DNA of 32,337 nt from Chthoniobacteraceae bacterium (lineage in GTDB: Bacteria; Verrucomicrobiota; Verrucomicrobiia; Chthoniobacterales; Chthoniobacteraceae): contig JANNWY010000090.1 in NCBI GenBank assembly GCA_031409335.1, forward strand, positions 1 to 32,337. The letters are read 5' to 3'. Positions 27,430 to 32,337 of this stretch are shown here, one piece after another. Made by a program: the position numbers and the translations under genes. How positions within the stretch are numbered: the first letter of the stretch is position 1; each line of letters opens with the position of its first letter. Under the pieces are notes generated by a model, which made no database searches, was not told where the DNA came from, and saw nothing but the letters and a program-made list of their open reading frames with translations.

Positions 27430-29700
27430 ATGAAACTTCTCTCGGCGCTCCGCACCCTCCTGGCCGTCGCGTTCACCGTTGCATCAGCCTCCGCTGCCGA
27501 GCCGCTCATTGATGACGGCGGCTTTGAGCAAGCGACCGCGGGTGCGGCACCGTCCGGATGGTTCATCCCGCCCGCGATCATGCAGGATGGCTGGACGGTG
27601 CGCGTCGTGAATGAAGGCGCGATCGAAGGGCAGCGTTGTGTCTCGATCGAACGCTCCGGCACCGGTGAGACGAAGACATTTGGAAACATGATCCGGACGC
27701 TGGAGGCGCAGCCATTTCGCGGGAAACGACTGCGTTTTACCGCCCACGTGAAAAACGCTGGTCCCGCTGGAACCAAGAGCCAGCTTTGGTTCCGCGTCGA
27801 TCGCGCCGGGCGTAAGATGGGATTTTTCGACAATTGCGACGATCGGCCAGTCACGGCGAACGAGTGGTCGCGCGTGGAAATCGCGGGCGATATTGCGGAG
27901 GATGCGGAGCAACTGGTGTTTGGTTTCATGGTGCTGGGTGCGGCGGGCTCCGGGCGGCTCGACGATGTGAAGCTTGAGGTCGGCGGCGACGCCACGCCGG
28001 TCGAGGGCGCGCGGGTTTTGACGGATCGCGGCCTGGAGAACGTCGTGGCGTTCGCGCGGCTGGCTGGCTACGTGCGCTTTTTTCATCCGAGCGACCAGGC
28101 GGCGGCGCTCACCGGGGCGGAGTGGGATCGGTTTACGGTGGCGGGGATTCGCGTGGTGGAATCTGCGGACGATGCGCCGGAACTCGCGACCCGGCTGAGC
28201 ACGCTCTTTCAACCACTCGCGCCGACCGTCGCCATCGCCGCGGGCAAGACCGCGACTCCGGTGGCGCTTCCGAAAGGGTCGCACGTCCAGGCATGGCGGC
28301 ACGCCGGTTACGGATCGCCGGATGCGCAGAATCAGGGCGGAATCTATCGCAGCGCCCGCGTCCGGCGGGAAGTGGAGAAGCGCGATCCCGGCGAGCCGTG
28401 GATGCGCGACATCGGCGGCGGCGTGGCCTGCTCGGTGCCGCTCATGGTGTACGACGACGGCGCGGCGACGCTGCCGAAAGTCGAGACCCCGAAAACCGCG
28501 GCCCCCGCGATCACCGGTGCGTGGGCCTTGTCCGCCCGCGATCGCGCCGTGCGACTGGCCGCGGTGGTGACGGCGTGGAATGTCCCGCAACATTTTTTCC
28601 CATACTTCGATGTCGTGAAAACGGACTGGCCGGCGGTGTTGCGCGAGAGTCTTCGCACCGCCGCCACCGATGCGGATGAGGAAGCATTCCTGCGCACGCT
28701 CCAGCGGCTCGGAGCGGCGCTGAAGGATGGTCACGTCAGCGTGTCCGGCCCCGGCGCGCAGGGGATTTTCGCGCCGAAAGTCCGGCTCGCCTGGGCGGAG
28801 GGAAAGCTGTGCGTCGCGCAGTCGGACGTGGGCGAACTCAAGCCAGGCGATGCCCTGCTCGCGATTGATGGGGTCGCGATTGAAAAAGCCGTCGAGGAAT
28901 GTCTGCGGCAAATTTCCGTTCCATCGTCGCAGGGCGCGAAGCTGCTGTCCGCGCAGCATGTCCTTGCCGGAGAACATGGAAGCACGGTGCGGATCGCGAT
29001 CGAACCCTTCGCCACGCCGGGTGAACGCCGGGAAATCAATCTGCCGCGCGATACGCCGGTCTATCAGGCACCACGTCCCAAGCGGGAACGCGAACGCGAA
29101 CTGTCTCCCGGCATTTTCTATCTCGACCTCGACCAATGGACCGGGGCCGAGTTCGCCGCGGCATGGCCGAGGCTGGAAAAGGCGCGCGGGATCGTCTTCG
29201 AGTTTCGCAATTATCCAAACAAGATCGACATCCAGGATTTCTTCGGACACTTCGCCACCACCCTGCTCGTCAGCCCGCAGTGGCACGTCCCCGCCGTGCT
29301 CCGGCCCGATCGCGAAGATCTCACCTTCACTCGCTCAATGTCGTGGATGCTGCCACCGCGCCCGCCGCTGATCCCCTGCCCCAAAGCCTTCCTCATCGAC
29401 GCCTCGTGCATCAGCTACGCCGAAAGTTGCCTCGGCATCATCGAGCATTACAAACTCGGCGAACTCGTCGGCAGCCCGACGATCGGCACGAACGGCAACA
29501 TCAACACGGTCCGCACGCCCGGCGGTTACACGATGATTTTCACCGGCATGAAAGTGCTGAAGCACGACGGCGCGCAGCATCACGGAATCGGCATTCGCCC
29601 GACCGTGCCAGTGGAGCCGACGCGCAAAGGGCTGGCGGAGGGTCGCGACGAGGTGGTCGAGCGCGCGCTCGATGCGGTGCGGACGCCGGCAAAGAAATAA
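27430..29700 (+). CDS. Secreted S41-family peptidase with N-terminal CBM-like domain and PDZ-like domain
   Basis: Signal peptide; DGGFEQ...PSGW jelly-roll-like start; HFFPYF, LKDGH, LKPGDALLAIDG, EFRNYP, CISYAES (catalytic Ser), GTNGN, HGIGIRPTV. Confidence 0.85.
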   Translation: MKLLSALRTLLAVAFTVASASAAEPLIDDGGFEQATAGAAPSGWFIPPAIMQDGWTVRVVNEGAIEGQRCVSIERSGTGETKTFGNMIRTLEAQPFRGKRLRFTAHVKNAGPAGTKSQLWFRVDRAGRKMGFFDNCDDRPVTANEWSRVEIAGDIAEDAEQLVFGFMVLGAAGSGRLDDVKLEVGGDATPVEGARVLTDRGLENVVAFARLAGYVRFFHPSDQAAALTGAEWDRFTVAGIRVVESADDAPELATRLSTLFQPLAPTVAIAAGKTATPVALPKGSHVQAWRHAGYGSPDAQNQGGIYRSARVRREVEKRDPGEPWMRDIGGGVACSVPLMVYDDGAATLPKVETPKTAAPAITGAWALSARDRAVRLAAVVTAWNVPQHFFPYFDVVKTDWPAVLRESLRTAATDADEEAFLRTLQRLGAALKDGHVSVSGPGAQGIFAPKVRLAWAEGKLCVAQSDVGELKPGDALLAIDGVAIEKAVEECLRQISVPSSQGAKLLSAQHVLAGEHGSTVRIAIEPFATPGERREINLPRDTPVYQAPRPKRERERELSPGIFYLDLDQWTGAEFAAAWPRLEKARGIVFEFRNYPNKIDIQDFFGHFATTLLVSPQWHVPAVLRPDREDLTFTRSMSWMLPPRPPLIPCPKAFLIDASCISYAESCLGIIEHYKLGELVGSPTIGTNGNINTVRTPGGYTMIFTGMKVLKHDGAQHHGIGIRPTVPVEPTRKGLAEGRDEVVERALDAVRTPAKK

Positions 29701-29756
29701 GAATGCGGGTGCGCATTCGCGTTGAGCCGCATCGGAGCCGGTGATACGCCCAACGC

Positions 29757-30491
29757 ATGGCTTTCCCACGCGCAGACCCGAGTTCCGCCGGCGGCGAAAT
29801 CTTTGCGACGACGCACTGGAGCATCATCGTGTCGGCAAAGGGCGACAGCAGCGGTGCGCACGATTCGCTGGCAAAACTCTGCGCGGCGTACTGGTATCCG
29901 CTTTACGCCTTCGTAAGGCGGCAGGGGAAGAGCGAGCACGATGCACAGGATTTGACGCAGGAATTTTTCGCGCGGCTGCTGGAGAAGGGCTGGCTCGACG
30001 GGGTGGAACGCGAGCGCGGTCGCTTCCGCTCGTGGCTGCTCGCTTCGATGAAACATTTTCTCGCGAATGAATGGGACCGGAATCGCGCGCGAAAGCGCGG
30101 CGGCGGGGCGGTGCTGTTTTCCTTCGATGGGCTCGATGCCGAGAGCCGCATGTTGCACGAGCCAGCGACGGATTCGCCGGAGAAGATTTACGACCGGCGC
30201 TGGGCGATGACGCTGCTCGATCAGGTGATGGCGCGGCTGCGCACGGAGATGGCCGGGACGGGAAAGCTCGCGCATTTCGAGGCGCTGAAATTTTGTCTGA
30301 CTGGCGAAAAGAGTGCGTACGCGGAAGTCGGTGCGCGACTCGCGATGAGTGAGGGTGCGGTGAAAGTGGCGGTGCATCGGATGCGCGAACGGTATCGTGC
30401 GCTGCTCCGCGCGGAGATCGCGGAGACGGTGGCGGGGCCAGGGGAAATCGAGGATGAATTGCGCGCGCTGCTGGCGGCGCTGAGTTCATGA
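29757..30491 (+). CDS. ECF sigma factor (Ser/Thr kinase-associated type)
   Basis: FATTHWS N-terminus, YWYPLYAFVRR, DAQDLTQEFF, GRFRSWLL (region 2); YAEVGARLAMSEGAVKVAVHRMRERYR (region 4). Confidence 0.93.
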   Translation: MAFPRADPSSAGGEIFATTHWSIIVSAKGDSSGAHDSLAKLCAAYWYPLYAFVRRQGKSEHDAQDLTQEFFARLLEKGWLDGVERERGRFRSWLLASMKHFLANEWDRNRARKRGGGAVLFSFDGLDAESRMLHEPATDSPEKIYDRRWAMTLLDQVMARLRTEMAGTGKLAHFEALKFCLTGEKSAYAEVGARLAMSEGAVKVAVHRMRERYRALLRAEIAETVAGPGEIEDELRALLAALSS

Positions 30492-30493
30492 AA

Positions 30494-30592
30494 AAAACGC
30501 AGAGACGGAGAGGCGCAGAGCACGCAGAGGAAGAACGGATTCTCCATTTTTCCCTCCTCTGCGCCCTCTGCGTCTTTGCGTCTCTGCGTTTT
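30494..30592. repeat. ~100-bp palindromic element built from CGCAGAG units
   Basis: 38-bp arms 30494-30531 and 30555-30592 are inverted repeats with 33/38 identity (hand alignment). Confidence 0.8.
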
Positions 30593-30641
30593 CAAAAAAT
30601 CATCCGTAACCTTTTCACGGGAATCCTTCTGTATCGGGTAA

Positions 30642-32337
30642 ATGGAAACCTCACCCAACGAAACCACCACCATGAACCCCGTCCTCAACTGCCTCGAATG
30701 CGGTGCGCCGATTGCTGCGGATGCCAAGGGGCTGTGCCCGCGCTGCCTGCTGAAGCTCGGGCTCGCCAGTCAGCTTTCGCCGGGATTCATCGAGACCGGC
30801 GCGGAGCCGCCGCCATTCCTCGGCTTCGATCCGGTCGATCCGTCGAAGCGCACGGTCATCGAGCCGTTCGAGTTTGGCGGCTATCGCATTTTGCGACTGC
30901 TGGGCAAAGGCGGGATGGGTGCGGTGTATGAAGCGGAGGAACTGGCGAGCGGGCGTCGCGTCGCGCTGAAGGTGCTCGGGCATTCGCTCGATTCGGCGGA
31001 CACGCGCAAGCGCTTCATCCGTGAGGGACGGCTCGCGGCGTCGATCAATCACCCGAACAGCGTGTACGTCTATGGCACCGAGGAGATCGAAGGGGCGCCG
31101 GTCATCACCATGGAACTCGTGCCCGGCGGCACGCTGCACGAGCGGGTGAAGGACGGCGGGCCGATGCCGGTCGCGGAGGCGGTCGATGCGATCCTGCAAA
31201 TCATCGCCGGCCTCGAAGCCGCGCACGCGGTCGGCATCCTGCATCGCGACATCAAGCCCTCGAACTGTTTCATCGAGCCCTCGGGCACGGTGAAGGTGGG
31301 CGACTTCGGGCTTTCGATCTCCACGCTCTCGCGCGGCGATTCCGCGCTGACGCTCGCGGGTTCGATCCTCGGCACGCCGGAATTTTCGTCGCCGGAGCAA
31401 TTGCGCGGCGAAGAACTCAACGTGCGTTCGGACATCTATTCCGTGGGCATGACGCTCTACTACCTGCTCACCGGCAAGACGGCGTTCCGCGCGGAAAACG
31501 TGGTGCAGCTCCTCGCCACCGTGCTCGACAAAGCGCCGCAGCCGCCGCGCGAAATGCGCCCCGAAATTCCCGAGGCCCTCTCGCGCATCGTCCTGCGCTG
31601 CCTGGCCAAACAAGCCGCCGCGCGCCCGGCGACCTACGACGAATTGCGCCGCGCGCTGCTCCCTTTCACCTCCACCGCGCCCACGCCCGCGACGCTCGGG
31701 CGGCGCTTCCTGGCGGGTCTCATCGACGGTTTGATCGTGATGTTTGTGTGCGGGTTCCTCCCGATGATACTGTCCGCCGATTTTACGGCGCTCATGATCG
31801 AGGAAAACGAAGCCTCACTGGCGCACCGTTGGATTTTCGCCGCGTCGCTGCTTTTTCAGATCGCCTACTACGCGGTGAGCGAAGGTCGGTGGGGTGCCAC
31901 TCCGGGCAAAGCGATCGTGGGTCTGCGCGTCGGTGGCCTCGACCGCACTGCGCCCGGCATCCCACGCGCACTCCTGCGCGCGGTCATCTATCTGGTGCCC
32001 GCGGTCATCGCCACCCTGCTCAATGCGCCGGTCAAGGCACACCTGCAGGCGGGTTCCATCGCTCTCGGTGTCTTCGCCTACCTTTACCCATTGCTGCTTG
32101 CCCTGACCGCGCGGCGGCAGAATGGCTTTGCCACGGTGATCGACCTCGTCACGAAAACGCGCGTGATCGAAAAGGCCGCCTACCAAACGCGCGAGTCGGT
32201 GACGCAAGCCGCCGAGCCCGTCGGTGCCACCGAGGCGCTGCCCAGGATCGGCGCGTATCACGTCCTCGCGCCGCTCGCCGCGACGGAGCGCGATGCCCTC
32301 GTGCTTGGCTACGACACGAAATTGCTGCGCCGCGTCT
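30642..32337 (+). CDS. Ser/Thr protein kinase with N-terminal Zn-ribbon and RDD membrane domain (3' end outside window)
   Basis: Manual translation from ATG 30642: CLECG..GLCPRCLL; LGKGGMGAVY, VALKVL, HRDIKPSN, KVGDFGL, GTPEFSSPEQ, SDIYSVG; then ATLGRRFLAGLID...GATPGKAIVGLRV...DLVTKTRVI (RDD). Absent from the ORF track because there is no stop in the window. Confidence 0.93.
   Translation, partial: METSPNETTTMNPVLNCLECGAPIAADAKGLCPRCLLKLGLASQLSPGFIETGAEPPPFLGFDPVDPSKRTVIEPFEFGGYRILRLLGKGGMGAVYEAEELASGRRVALKVLGHSLDSADTRKRFIREGRLAASINHPNSVYVYGTEEIEGAPVITMELVPGGTLHERVKDGGPMPVAEAVDAILQIIAGLEAAHAVGILHRDIKPSNCFIEPSGTVKVGDFGLSISTLSRGDSALTLAGSILGTPEFSSPEQLRGEELNVRSDIYSVGMTLYYLLTGKTAFRAENVVQLLATVLDKAPQPPREMRPEIPEALSRIVLRCLAKQAAARPATYDELRRALLPFTSTAPTPATLGRRFLAGLIDGLIVMFVCGFLPMILSADFTALMIEENEASLAHRWIFAASLLFQIAYYAVSEGRWGATPGKAIVGLRVGGLDRTAPGIPRALLRAVIYLVPAVIATLLNAPVKAHLQAGSIALGVFAYLYPLLLALTARRQNGFATVIDLVTKTRVIEKAAYQTRESVTQAAEPVGATEALPRIGAYHVLAPLAATERDALVLGYDTKLLRRV

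Noticed and set aside
25630..29286. 545-aa (+, 25630-27267) and 600-aa (-, 27484-29286) ORFs
   Set aside because: Antisense shadows of the KS/ACP and S41 peptidase genes.
30651..31613. 320-aa minus-strand ORF
   Set aside because: Antisense to the Ser/Thr kinase, which has all canonical motifs on the plus strand.

Overview
Bacterial chromosomal window, most likely Verrucomicrobia of the Spartobacteria/Chthoniobacterales type. This is inferred from the EF-G N-terminal extension, fusA-rpsJ adjacency without tuf, an 'SGKDYK' outer-membrane barrel, a LEPR/'LESRIAPA' exported protein, a CotH-lamin-tail protein and an ECF/Ser-Thr kinase pair. Bases 1-9453 (minus) are the str and S10 ribosomal cluster (rpsL-rpsG-fusA-rpsJ-rplC-rplD-rplW-rplB-rpsS-[extra gene]-rplV-rpsC-rplP-rpmC-rpsQ-rplN). 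It is interrupted by a non-ribosomal exported coiled-coil gene between rpsS and rplV. Next come a small beta-barrel OMP and prs-rplY-pth-rpsF-ssb. The accessory half holds a 1.5k-aa CotH kinase, a ~990-aa Gly-rich 26-aa-repeat protein, a GAF sensor and pyrE. It also holds a tightly coupled ACP / ketosynthase / small membrane protein / B12 radical-SAM operon, the best candidate for an undescribed lipid-tailoring system. It ends with an S41 peptidase, an ECF sigma factor and a Ser/Thr kinase-RDD fusion truncated by the window end. All assignments come from motif recognition by eye; no database searches were run.
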